Below are positions 21,730-33,821 of a DNA stretch of 64,000 nt, piece by piece (the first letter of the stretch is position 1; each line of letters starts with the position of its first letter). The position numbers were made by a program, and so were the translations under genes. Where the stretch lies: the NCBI GenBank assembly GCA_043228905.1, contig JBHGNT010000016.1, forward strand, positions 14,880,001-14,944,000. The letters run 5' to 3'. This stretch comes from Azolla caroliniana. Its lineage: Eukaryota > Plantae > Polypodiophyta. The notes under the pieces were generated by a model. That model was given only the letters and a program-made list of their open reading frames with translations. It was not told the DNA's origin and ran no database searches.

Positions 21730-21830
21730 GTTTGAACCGATTTCTGGGTGCCTGTCTGGTCTTTTCTCTCCCTCTTCCTTCTGTCTCCCTCCTTTCCTAC
21801 TAGTCTCTTATTTCCCTTTTCCTTCATCCC

Positions 21831-23002
21831 ATGGCCACCGTTAGCGCTGAAGAGTATCAATCCGTTTTCTCGGAATTTCAATGCTTGAAAGAGAAGTTTC
21901 ATGCTTTGGAACAAGAAAATCAACGCTTGTTGGGGGATCTTCAGCAAATTTCCTTAGAAAAGCAGCAAACGCAACAACAGCATGGGGAACTTGCGTTACG
22001 CGTGCAACAACTCGAAGCAACCATCGTAGCAATGCAACAACAAGGGCACGGAGCACAAGGGATTCATAAAGAACCCAAGATTGGCCTTCCCACGAAGTTC
22101 GATGGAACGCGATCGCAGTTTAGAGGGTTTCTTAACCAGGTACGGTTAGTTATTCAAATGCATCCGTCCCGATATCCCACCGATGCATCACGAGTGGGTT
22201 TAGTAGGCACGTTGTTAAATGGCTCAGCATTAGCATGGTTCGCTCCGCTACTAGAAAAGGAATCTCCAGTACTAAATAATTTTGAAGAATTCATAAGTGA
22301 GTTTAAAGCATGTTTTGGAGATACTGACAGCATAAGGACTGCAATCAACAAAATCCGGCGATTACGCCAAGGTGACCGTCCAGCCTCCGCATATGCTGCA
22401 GATTTCCGCCTACTCGCCGCCGATATCCCCTGGGATGATCAAGCATTGATGGAGCAGTTCCGCTATGGTCTACGCAACGATGTCAAGGATTTAAACTCTT
22501 GACTTTCCCTGAAGAGCCAAAATCATTAACAGAAGCAATCAGTCGAGCGGTCAGATGTGACAACCGCCTCTTCGAGCGACGTTCGGAACGACAATTTCAG
22601 ATGCCGAGGGCAAGATCCGAGCCTACCTATGCCTCAGTGGTAGCGAAACCTTTTCAAAGGGAGTCACATAATGCGCCTCCAGTAAGTACTCCAACTCCAA
22701 TGGAAATTGACACTACACGTCGTCGTGGGCCGCTATCGGAGGAGGAAAAGCAACGACGCCGAACAAACCGATTATGCCTTTATTGCGGTGGACCAGGGCA
22801 TATCGCGATAAACTGTCCCCATAGACCAAGAAGGCAGGTAAACCAAGTCGTTGTTAGTTCTGACTATACTAAACCCGAGTCTATTTCAGTAGGAATCTCT
22901 GATAGTCCTCATAGTCATAATAGTCCTAATAGTACTAATAGTCCGAATCTCGCAAACAAATTTGATGTCCTTAGCCAATTAGAAGAAGAGTTAAACGACT
23001 AA
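21831..23002 (+). pseudogene. Element D gag (coiled coil, capsid, CCHC) with one 2-nt frameshift near 22492
   Basis: PTKFDGTRSQFRGFLNQ, LRQG..AYAADFR, FRYGL, PMEID and CLYCGGPGHIAINC across two overlapping ORFs. Confidence 0.88.
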
Positions 23003-26000
23003 GTCCAGCCAAAATAGGAGCCGTTTGGTTGGACAGCCCTAGATCTGTGCAGCCCATTAGTGGTTCCATTCCCTCTAAGCAAGTTAGTGATGTGTTCGTA
23101 GCCCAAGTAGCAGTTAGTACTAAAAGTACCCCTCCAGTACATACCTTAGCCCTTCTAGATTCCGGAGCTAATTCTTGCTTCATGGATAGGAATTTTGCCC
23201 GAGCTCATCAGATATCTCTCAGAAAGCTCCCATGTCCAGCCTCAGTAGTAGTCATTGATGGTCGTCCCATTGCTTCTGGTAATATCATAGAAGAGTCGGA
23301 ACCCGTTAATATTGTCCTAGATAACTTAACATGTGTAGTATCATTTAATATTATTAGTATTCCAGAACATCCCATAGTTTTAGGATTACCATGGTTCGAG
23401 TTACATAACCCAGACATAGATTGGAGGACAAGGGAAATCCGGTTGCGACAAACCCAAGGATCTACCCAGAAGGTTGCAACCATTTCGCTACGTCAGTTGC
23501 GTGAGGAAGGGCGCAAGGAGGAAATGTTTCTCTTCGCAATATCAGTACAACCCTCCAGCACCACCAAAGAGGAGTCCACCGTTCAACTTCCCGAGAAGTA
23601 TCGTCAGTATGCTGATGTGTTCGATAAAGTACAAGCCAACACACTTCCTCATCATCGGCCGTACGATTGCGCCATCGACTTACAACCGGGAAAAGAGCCG
23701 CCATGGGGGCCGATCTACAATTTGTCACCAGACGAGCTAGAAGTCCTTCGAACCTATATAGAGGAGAATTTGGAGAACGGTTTCATTCGGCATTCGAAAT
23801 CTCCAGCCGGCGCACCCATTTTCTTCGTCAAGAAAAAAGATGGCTCGCTTCGACTCGTTGTAGATTACCGTGGCTTGAATAAGGTCACAGTAAGAAATAG
23901 GTATGCTCTTCCCCTTATCTCAAGTCTTTTAGAACGGATCAACGGTGCCAGGTTCTTCACGAAGATCGACTTACGAGGAGCCTATAACCTCGTACGGATC
24001 CGACCAGGAGATGAATGGAAGACCGCGTTTCGCACCAGATATGGGCACTTCGAGTATACGGTCATGCCGTTCGGACTCACTAATGCGCCGGCAGTCTTCC
24101 AGCACATGGCGAATGATATATTTCGAGATCTCTTGGATGATTTTTTGATCATCTATTTGGATGATCTACTGGTTTATTCAAAGACCCAAGAAGAACATGA
24201 TTCTCATGTACTATTAGTACTAAAACGACTTCGAGAACATGGTCTGTATGCAAAGTTAGAGAAATGTAGTTTCGGGTGCAACCAAGTGGAATTTCTCGGC
24301 TATGTCATCTCCTCAGAAGGCATATCTATGGACCCAGCCAAGGTCAAAACGGTGATAGAATGGCACACTCCGCGTTCGGTGCGGGATGTGCAATGCTTCC
24401 TAGGCTTTGCAAATTTTTACCGGAAGTTCATACAAAATTACTCAAAAATTGTGCTGCCTCTCACACAGCTCACCAGGAAGGGACAATCATTCATTTGGTC
24501 TAAAGAGACGGACATGGCTTTCGAGAGTCTTAAGAAGGCGTTTACATCAGCTCCAATTTTAGGTCATGTGGATCCGGAAAAACCATTCATTATCGAAGCT
24601 GACGCATCGGATTTCGCATTGGGGAGCATTCTGTCACAACAGGGTAACGACGAGAAGCTACATCCTGTGGCTTTCCACTCCCGTAAGTTTGACGCCGCCG
24701 AAATCAACTACGAAATTCATGATAAAGAGCTATTAGTAATAGTTGATTCTTTTATGCAATGGAGGCATTTCCTGGAGGGATCTCCTCATCAGGTCACTGT
24801 ATTCAGTGACCACAAGAACCTTGCCTACTTTCAAGATGCTCGTGTACTGAATCGACGTCAAGCTCGGTGGGCCCACTTCCTCACACGCTTCGACTTCAAA
24901 ATTACATATCGTCCGGGGAAGCACCAAGGGAAGGCAGATGCATTATCACGGCGTTCGTATCTAACACCACGTCCTGGTGAGCCAGCTTTCGATAACCAGA
25001 AGCAAGTAATCTTGGGTCCAGCACGACTGCAAGCAGCACAGGTCTTTGACATGCCCGTGGATTCCGACATTACCAATACTATACGTGAGGACTTGAAGAC
25101 TGACGCTTTCGCCCAAGCTATACTAGCACAAATTGACCCCTCTCGAGCGTCATGTTCACAATCACAATCACCAGGTACGGATTATCGGCAATTCAAATAC
25201 TGTGATGGATTACTCTTCTTTAAAGAACTTTTGTATGTTCCTAATGGTTCTTGCCGCCTTCGAGTAGTACAAAACTGCCATGACACATATACAGCAGGAC
25301 ATTTTGGTAGTACTAAAACATTAGATTTAGTACAACGATCATTCTGGTGGCCCCGTATGCGACAATTTGTCGAAGATTTTGTTCGGACTTGCGATACATG
25401 CTGCAGAGCGAAAATGCCAAGACATCATCCATATGGTTTATTAGAACCATTACCAATTCCAAGCAAGCCATGGCAATCCATTGCTCTTGACTTCATTACA
25501 GATCTTCCAGTCTCTAAGGGATTCAGTGCGATTCTCACAGTGGTGGATCGATATACGAAGATGGCTCATTTCTTACCATGTACTAAAGAAATATCTAGTG
25601 AAGACACCGCCGAAATTGTCATGCGGGAAGTATGTCGGCATCATGGACTCCCTGATAATATCATCAGCGATCGTGGACCCCAGTTTGTGTCAAAATTCTG
25701 GAAGCACCTTTTTAAAATGCTGAAGGTCACTTGTAACCTCTCCTCCGGCTACCACCCACAAACCGACGGTCAAGCCGAACGAACAAATCAAACACTGGAG
25801 CAGTATCTGCGGTGCTTTCTCAACTATCATCAGAATGACTGGGCAGATATTCTTCAGTTCGCCGAATTTGCCTATAATAACGCTATCCACGCATCGACTA
25901 AAGTCACGCCATTCTACGCTTATACGGGATATCATCCCCGGTGGTGTGTCCTTGAAACCCCAGAAGTGTCCACAAATCCTTGCGCGGAGGATCGTTTGGA

Positions 26001-26588
26001 GCGATTACGCAAGATACAAGCGGATTTATCTACTCAACTCCAGCAAGCTCAACAATCACACAAGGACTACGCAGATCGTCATCGACTTCCATCCAGTTTT
26101 AACATTGGAGATCGGGTGTGGCTGCTACGACGACACATCAAGACTACTCGCCCATGTGAGAAGTTGGATTATCGGCGATTAGGTCCTTTCCGTATTATCG
26201 GGAAGATTAATGATGTCGCTTTTCGTCTCGAGCTATACCTCCGCAACTTCGGATACATCCGGTGTTTCATAGTTCTCTCCTCGAACCCTATCACGAGAGC
26301 ACTATCCCAGGACGTACTATACAACCACCACCTCCTATCGAGCTCGAAGATGGACCTGAGTATGAGGTCGCTGCCATCCTCGATTCCAAGATTGTTCGCA
26401 ACAAGCTCTACTATCTAGTCGATTGGCTAGGATATAGTCCCACCGAGCGTACTTGGGAACCGATCGAGAATGTGACCAATGCTCGTGCTCTTCTAGAAGA
26501 CTTCCATCGACGATATCCCGAGAAACCGGGTCCTCAATCCAAAACGACTCGTGGAACTCGTCGTTTTAAAGGGGGGATAGTGTCATAA
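22990..26588 (+). pseudogene. Element D pol (PR-RT-RH-INT-chromodomain) with one 2-nt frameshift near 26236
   Basis: ALLDSGA, YLDDLL, EADASD..DKELL..DHKNL, HHCC, LDFIT..SDRG..QTDGQAE, GPF and EYEVAAILDS..YYLVDWLGY..TWEP. The pol frame is open back into the gag end in the -1 frame. Confidence 0.92.
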
Positions 26589-26870
26589 CTAGACTCGAAC
26601 CCATAACCTTTTGTTACACGGGTCAAGACTTTACCATTAGGTTATAAATTGTAATTTGAAGGATATTATTTTCATTTAGGTTTTATTGGGAAATTGATGT
26701 ATATTCCAGATTTCTCTGGAACATTCTAGAAACTTCAGGAGTATTCCTGAAGACACTATAAAAGGAGGCGCAAGGCATTAGTTCGAACCAAATCGGTTCA
26801 ACGCCAGTCTTAAGCCTTCTAACTACTGTTGTATATCTTCCTTCATATAATACATATATCTTTCGCATCA

Positions 26871-26916
<46 letters not shown>

Positions 26917-27049
26917 ACTCATTCCTTCTCTCAAAGTTCGACACCTCTCATAGTACTAATTCTTCTCTGTCTTAGTACTATTCCCCAACAATAGTACTAA
27001 TCCTTCTTTTAGTACTAATTCCTTCTCTGCCTTAATAGAGTTCCTGACA
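26581..27049 (+). repeat. 3' LTR of element D
   Basis: Direct repeat of 21257-21729. Confidence 0.95.
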
Positions 27050-29646
27050 GTTGCGTCGTTACTCGTACCTTTGTTTTCCCTCGCCGGAATGTGATCATGT
27101 TCTTTTGCCAGCTCTGCTTGATATGCGCCGTTCGCAGCCATGGTCGTCCTAGCAGTAGGGGGTACGCGCCTTGTACATTCAGCTGCAGCACCACGGCCGA
27201 TATCCGGAATACGTGGCCTCCGATCACTACTTCCAAATCCCGGATAAGCCCGGTCGGTCAGACTGAGCTGGTATCCGCCATGCGTAACCAGAAGGGGCAT
27301 GGTTCCCATTCCCGGATGCCCAGGTCGTTGCATGTCTGTTGGCTGATGACATTTACCCCGGAGCCTCCGTCAATAATCGTTCCAGCAATTTCCTTTCCTT
27401 TCACGATTGCCGTGATCGCCGGGCTACTTGTATCGACCACCGCTGGTCCTTCCTCCGGGTTGGAGAAGAATGCCGGTGCTGGCGTCGGCTTCGGTTTGCT
27501 CACGGATGCCTGTAAGTCTGCCGTAAACCGTGGCACCAACTGTAGTAGTCGTGCTAACGGCAGCACGATTTGACAGTCCTGTAGCGCTTGCCACGTCGGG
27601 TTTTCCCTTGGCTGTATGATTTCTTCGTCTTTTGGCATATTTTGGTCTCTTACTTCTGCCGCATTCTGTTCATTGGCCTGCTTGATCCATTGTGCCGCTT
27701 GTTTTCTGATTGCCTCCTGGGCTTCCCACTCGGCGGTCTTTCCCTTTGACCGGGTTGTGACCTACTGTACTTCTGTTATTTCGGTTGTAACCATGTTGAC
27801 TTCCGGCTGCTTGTCATTGGTTTTGCTTGGGCATTGGTTACTATAGTGGCCTTCCTTACGGCAGTAATAACAGTACACCTTGTGACTGTTGCTCGTTTCT
27901 CCTTTGTCCCCGGTTTGGAGGGTGGGTATGCTCCGGCGGTCATCTTCGGTTTTTCGGTTATCCGATACCGATACCGGGTTGTCATTCCTCGCTGCCTCCC
28001 GACGTTCCTCTCTTCGGAAAAATCCACGCTTCTGATTCCGTCGGAAATTTCGGTTCCCTTGTCGCCTCTCTTCTCTGCGTCGTTCGTATTCCGGGGATTC
28101 GTCTCGGTCGTACCGGTCCCGGGGGTAGCTATCTCTGCGTCTCTCCTCTCGGTCATAGTTATCGCGTCTTCTATCAGCGTATCTGTTACCGCGTTCGCGT
28201 TGGTAGCGGTCATCTCTCCGGAATCGATCCTCGTCCGGGTTCTGATTGCGCGGTTCTATGTGTCGAACCGGTGCTGCCTGCCGATTTAACAGGTTATATT
28301 CGCATCGGTCCGTTGTATGGGCTCGAGAGTTGCAGATCATACATTGTGTCCGCAGGGTGCAGTCTACTGTTGAGTGCCCCGAATTTAGGCATGTTGTACA
28401 TTGTAAGGCCTGTCGGAACCTCAGGTCTTCCTCCTTCGGGAGTGCCCGGTGTAACATCCCCATCGACAAGAAGGGGCTAGTCTTGTCCATTTCTAAAACC
28501 CGATCAATAACTTGGTCCATTGTGCTGGTTTGGAAATCAAGGACTCCGCACATTGTTCAAAGTGGCTCTTTCAGCGCGGCCAAAAAGACTGCTTTTGCTT
28601 CGTCTTCGGGTGGTGCTCTTGTCAGTTGGCTGTGCAGGGTCTGAAACCGAATGATGAATTGTGGCACAGTCTCGTTCTCTTCCTACCGGGTGGTGTAGAA
28701 CTGCCCGACCAATTCCCTTTGCTCAAATTGTCTGTGAAAAAGCCTGAGGAATCTGGCCTTCAAGGCATCGAATGTGGCAAAGATGCCCGGTAAGTGCTTT
28801 GCGTGCCATCGGGCCGCCGGTCCTTCTAAGGTTATGCCGAATTCGGCGACTTTGGATCGTTCGGCTTCGGGCTCCGTCAGTCTTTGGGAGACATGGTTGG
28901 CTTCCCATGTTTGGAGGAATACGTGCACGTGTGCCTCCGCGTCGGCCTCATCCCGGTACTTTGGGTATGGGTATGGCATCGTGTCGTCCAACTGACTCTC
29001 CTGTTTCCTCCGCTCTCTGTCCGCTATTGGCGTTGGTGTGAGAACCTTTGGTTCCTCCGCGTCCGCGGGTGTTGCCGGTGTCCGGTCCTTTGGTTCCTCC
29101 GCGGGTGTTGTCGATATCCGCTCCTTCGGTTCCTTCGCGGTTGTTGTCGGTATCCGGTCAGCTTCCCTCGGCGATTGCCGGTCACCGAATTCCAGGGTTA
29201 TTTCTTCCTCTGGCGCCGGTGTTACTGAGTCTTCCGACCCCTCGTCCTCCCGGTCGTTTGGTGTGTCGTGGCTGCTTTTATACCGGGACGCAACGCTTCC
29301 GTCGCTTTCCGACTCCGCCTCAAGTGTTGCGAATGCTTCCGAGTCCCCGTCACCCCCGGCGAGCGTCTGCAGTATCGTTTCCACCTCTTGCAGGCTTGTT
29401 ATGCTACTGCCTTCGTCGGGGATTTGCAGAACCCGGAACTGCAGTGCTTCTTCTGCGACTCTCCAAAGAGTTTTGGAGAATGACCGATCCCGCCGGATCT
29501 CGTCGACGGCTTGCTGCAGGGCTTCCCATCGTTGCTCGCGTTCGGTGTATCGTCTCCCTCGTTCGGTGATGTGGTCGTCGTTTGTTCTAGACATCCATCC
29601 CCCGGTTGTCCTCTGCACTTTGCAGGAATCGTGGTCGCCAAAATAG

Positions 29647-30035
29647 TGTTGTCTGCCTGGCCGGACTAGCCTCAACACAGGTGTCTATCCGACACTTCTC
29701 CAAAGGGGTGGTAAGGATTGGATGCTAGGTTACATGCGTAAGATGATTACAATTAAGCACAGACGGTAAACAATACGAGATACAGATAAACACGCAATAA
29801 TTACTATTGTATTACTTCCCTCAAACCCTTTACAAATCATCGGATCCTTTTATAGGCATCCGGCAAGGTTACAATCGGTGCGCTTAGGCAACCGACATCC
29901 GAATCGGTCCGGATCCAGATCGGTACAACTGTACCGGATCCGTCCCTCCGAATAATAATTCTACTATTATTTACTTCCTATTATCCGATCCGACTCCGCC
30001 TTCCCACTTGTCCTTGCTCTTCTGACCGGCCAACA
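29647..30035 (-). repeat. 5' LTR of Gypsy B
   Basis: Direct repeat of 14840-15228; the PBS follows on the minus strand after a 6-nt spacer. Confidence 0.95.
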
Positions 30036-33000
30036 AGTAGGTGGCCTAGAGACACGAGTAGATCGTCTCACTGGTTGCTGAACCGGAGTCGAACTGTTAT
30101 CAGGTTGTACACATGTGTCCTCATTTTGGAGATCCTCATATGGGTGAACATTTATAGGATTGTTCAGCATAGGTGTGGGGTTATCCTTTTGCACACTAAT
30201 AAAGGGTGTAACATCTTGAAATGCCACTTTCCTCACTTCCACTTCCTTAATTGGTTGTTTATGCATAATCTTTTCATTGAAAACAACATCACTACTTCTA
30301 ACTATAGTGCGCGTTTCAGGATCCCACAAACGATATCCAAAAATTGACCATCTACACCATAGCCAAGGAAAATACACTTCCCGCTCTTAAAATCTAGTTT
30401 TTGCCTTAATTGTTTTGGAACATGAACATATGCTTCACATCCAAATACCCTAAGATGATCATAATTTGGGGTTTTTCCTCTCCACAACTCTTGCGCCACT
30501 TTCAAGCCTTTGATAGTACTAGGTGATAGATTTATCACATGGTTGATGTCCGAACTACTTCAACCCAAAAACCTTGCGGCAGATTTGCATGATGCAACAT
30601 AGAAACAACTTTGTCCTGGATGGTTCTATTCATCCTTTCTGCCACGCCATTTTGTACTGGAGTGTAAGGGGTAGTAAACTCTCTACGTATGCCTCTAGAC
30701 TCACAAAAATCTCTGAACTCATGAGAGGTATACTCACCTCCATTATTCGAACGTAAAGCCTTAAGCTTTATTCCTTTTTCGCTCTCAACCAAGGCAAGCC
30801 AACATCACCCTTTCCCTTTATGGGATACACCCACACCTTTCTTGTGGCATCATCAATAAATGTAACGAAATACAAAGCTCCACCCAATGATCTAGTAGGC
30901 ATAGGGCCACATACATCTGTTTGAACTAGATCCAAGGGTTGAGTAGATGAATCAGAATTAATATTCTGATGCACACTTCTAGTTTGTTTACCATATTAAC
31001 AATGCTCACAAACTGAAAAATTTGAAAATGATAACACGGGTAAATAGCCAAAACGTGATAATGTTTCCATTCCAGTACGAGGCATGTGACCTAAATAGCC
31101 ATGCCAAATACAAGTCATAGGTTGTTTTGTGATTGTCAAAAGATGCTCCTTTTGATGGACAACTAAAGGATAAAGTAAACCAACTTTGTTCCCTTTGGCA
31201 ATAACCATATTTCCTTTCGTAATACCAAAGGACTGGGCAACAAAAATCACTTTAAAACCAATGTTATCAAGTTGTCCAACATACATTAAGCTACGAGTTA
31301 GCTCATGCACATGGCGTACATTTTGTACGGTAAAATGAGAGCCATCAGAAAATTGTACCATGACATCTCCGATGCCAATCACATCACACTGATGTGAATC
31401 TCCAAGTTGTATTGTACCAAGTGGTTTAGCTTCATATTGTGTGAACCACTCTCTATATGGAGTCACATGAAATGAAGCACTAGAGTCCAACAACCATGTA
31501 TGAGAAAGCACATGAGCAATATTAGCCTCAGCATAGGTAGCATCATCATCCATGACCAAGATGTCAACACCATCATCGCATGCAACATTTATTTCCTCTA
31601 TCTTCAGCGACTATGATGAGTCAGTCAACAGTTTAACATGCCCATCACAATGAGTTTTACCCTTTTCCTTTTCTTTGTTCTTCAAGGCATAACAGTCTTT
31701 CTTAATATGACCCTTCTTGTGGCAATAATGGCATTCCACAAGTCTCTTCCTAGACTTACTTCTGCTCTTGTCATGATTTCCATGACTATTTCTGGTATGG
31801 CTTCTACCACGTTGCTGGTTTTTACCATAACCAGAATCTCGAACATTATATGCATCTCCAACTTGTGAGGAAACCATAGATTTCCTACGTATTTCTTCAC
31901 CCAAGAGTGCGCCACTTATGTCATTATACACCAATTTCCCGTTTGGTACACTAGCACTAATAGCGGTGCAAAATGTGTCCCATGAGCTAGGCAATGTGCA
32001 TAGCAAAAATACAGCTTTCAGCTCATCATTCATGGTCATTTTCTGAGCTTGCAATTGCGACCATAATGCATCAAATTGATTTATATGAGACGCAATACTA
32101 TATGTATCCTTCATACGAAGTTCATATAGCTTTCTCATCAAATACACCTTGTTAGCTGCAGTCTCCTTCTCATAGGTATTGCATAGCTTTTTCCAAAGTT
32201 CTTCGGAGTTTTGGTTGTCTAAAACAGTAAAGTAGACACTATCCGCCAAGTGCAGTCTTATAGTGGACATGGTCAAGGCATCAAGTTCCTCCCAATAATC
32301 ATCATCCGTGTCATTCGGCTTCTTCGCTTTACTGCCTAGGGGCCTCGTTTGCTTTCTTTGAATCAATACATCACGCATCTGATTCTTCCACAAAGCAAAA
32401 TTAGATCCATCAAATTTCTGGATCTCAATATGATCTTTTCCCAAAATTGAATAGTTCTTACTTGAACTATTGTGAGCAACATAAGTGCTACTAGATACAT
32501 CCAACATTTCAAACTCCATGGGAGTGAACGATAGTATCAGGCAATGATTGGGCAACAAAAAAACTAGTAACCAACTAGCTTATGGAAAACTGTCAAAGAT
32601 TGATACCCAATATTTCGTGCAACATGCACCACTGAAAGCATACAACTTACAAAATATCAGTTGTGAACTGTCAAAGAGGATTGATACCACTCTTGCATAT
32701 AATAAGCATCACTGAAAGACATATAATTTCCAAGATGTCCACAATACTAACTAGCATACATCTCTTAAATCACAACATGTAGGCATCTGCTTTGTTATAC
32801 ATTCACACTAACCCCAAATATTTCTTCCAAGTGTGGCAACGATATTTACTAGCATACATCTCTTAAATCACAAACTGTAGGCACCTGCTTTGCTATGCAT
32901 TCACACTAACCCCAAATATTTCTTCCAAGTGTGGCAAGGGTCTCTCCCACCACAACTTATTTCCGCCCAAAAATGTTTCGCATATGACGGATAAACAGAG

Positions 33001-33574
33001 AGTTTAACCAAGGGAAATACCTGTGAATAGCAGGCTCCTTTCTTCAATGTCGAAGATGCTGGAGATGCCCAACAATAGGTAGATGCTTCAGCCGACCCCA
33101 ATACTCCAACGCTTGCCACACGAATCTCCTACGCCGCTACGAGTCTCGGACGCTTGTTGCTTCTGACTCCAAAGCTTCCCCTCGCTGTCTCTCAAGCTTT
33201 GATACCACTGTTGTCAATTGATAGAGCGAAAATCAAGAGACAATTGATTGTTCTGCTCTTGATCATAATACACGGATAGTAAGGGATGAAGAAGGAGTGG
33301 TGCTCCTTCTTAGTTGTAGTATGCATGAGAGGAATAGGGGGCGAGCAACAAAGGCGTTCAATAGATACAAAAGGGTGGAGGTTACAATAGAGATGAAGAG
33401 GTAGTGAATCTCTACAACAGAGAAAAGGGGGAAAAAGCCACAAAGAGGAAACAGACACTCGCTCGCTCGCTCACACTCACTAACTCTCTCTCTCTCTCTC
33501 TCCCCACACTACTAAGTGGAAGACCAGTTTTGGCCTTTTCACACTTAGTATGTATCGGGGGTACATGTATAACA
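30036..33574 (-). mobile_element. Copia element A, 5' part: LTR, PBS, gag, protease and integrase (degenerate)
   Basis: LTR 33209-33574 (TG..CA). PBS TGGTATCAAAGC at 33207-33196. Gag KFDGSNFALWK..CHYCHKKGHIKKDC, protease WLLDSSASFH, integrase TDVCGP..NGGEY..NGVAERMNRT, ending RRSTRVSRPP at the B junction. Confidence 0.9.
32750..32937. repeat. Tandem duplication (~98-bp period, 2 copies) in the 5' leader of Copia A
   Basis: ACTAGCATACATCTCTTAAATCACAA...CCAAGTGTGGCAA occurs twice. Confidence 0.8.
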
Positions 33575-33679
33575 CTCCTTCCATGACTTCCATGGGTCTC
33601 AAATGCCCACCAGATTTCGGAACTCCAAAGCTGCCTCGGAATCTCGAAAATCTCCCCTTGAATTTCTTCCGATGCGATC

Positions 33680-33821
33680 CATCCATCCATTCAATGACAT
33701 GATATGATACAATATGCAATGAATTCCAATGACCCACTTGCGAAATCGATCCATCCATTCAATGACATGATATGATACAATATGATATGATATGAATTCC
33801 AATGACCCACTTGCGAAATCG
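33680..33821. repeat. Tandem duplication (~70 bp x2) containing (ATATG)n
   Basis: ATCCATCCATTCAATGACATGATATGATAC...GACCCACTTGCGAAATCG occurs twice. Confidence 0.8.

Larger units (their letters stand above)
21257..27049 (+). mobile_element. Chromovirus Gypsy element D (Tcn1/Tf1-sushi-like), full length and recent
   Basis: LTRs at 21257-21729 and 26581-27049 (TGTCA..TGACA, about 3 substitutions plus a (CT)n length change). 5-bp TSD GTTGC at 21252-21256 and 27050-27054. PPT AAAGGGGGGATAG at 26568-26580. C-terminal chromodomain. Confidence 0.95.
18627..29594 (-). pseudogene. Gypsy B gag-pol pseudogene (single frame, split by element D; internal RT/RNase H deletion)
   Basis: Gag from ATG 29594 with three CCHC-like knuckles, then protease, RT (VCVDYRKLN, FLDGFSGYNQI, MMFGL) and integrase. 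The frame is continuous across the D insertion once D and one TSD copy are removed. Confidence 0.88.
14840..30035 (-). mobile_element. Gypsy element B (non-chromovirus, Athila/OTA-like) with an extra 3' ORF; interrupted by element D
   Basis: 389-bp LTRs at 14840-15228 and 29647-30035 (TG..CA, about 6 mismatches by eye). PBS TGGCGACCAC at 29640-29631. Order gag-PR(IIDGGSG)-RT-INT(WGLDFVGP, ISDQG, PQANGLAE). Confidence 0.92.

Noticed and set aside
22485-22502. Programmed frameshift inside D gag (TTTAAAC at ~22490)
   Set aside because: Removing 2 nt restores the expected KDLLLTFPE capsid text, and a similar 2-nt insertion occurs near 26236; a mutation or sequencing error is more likely than recoding.
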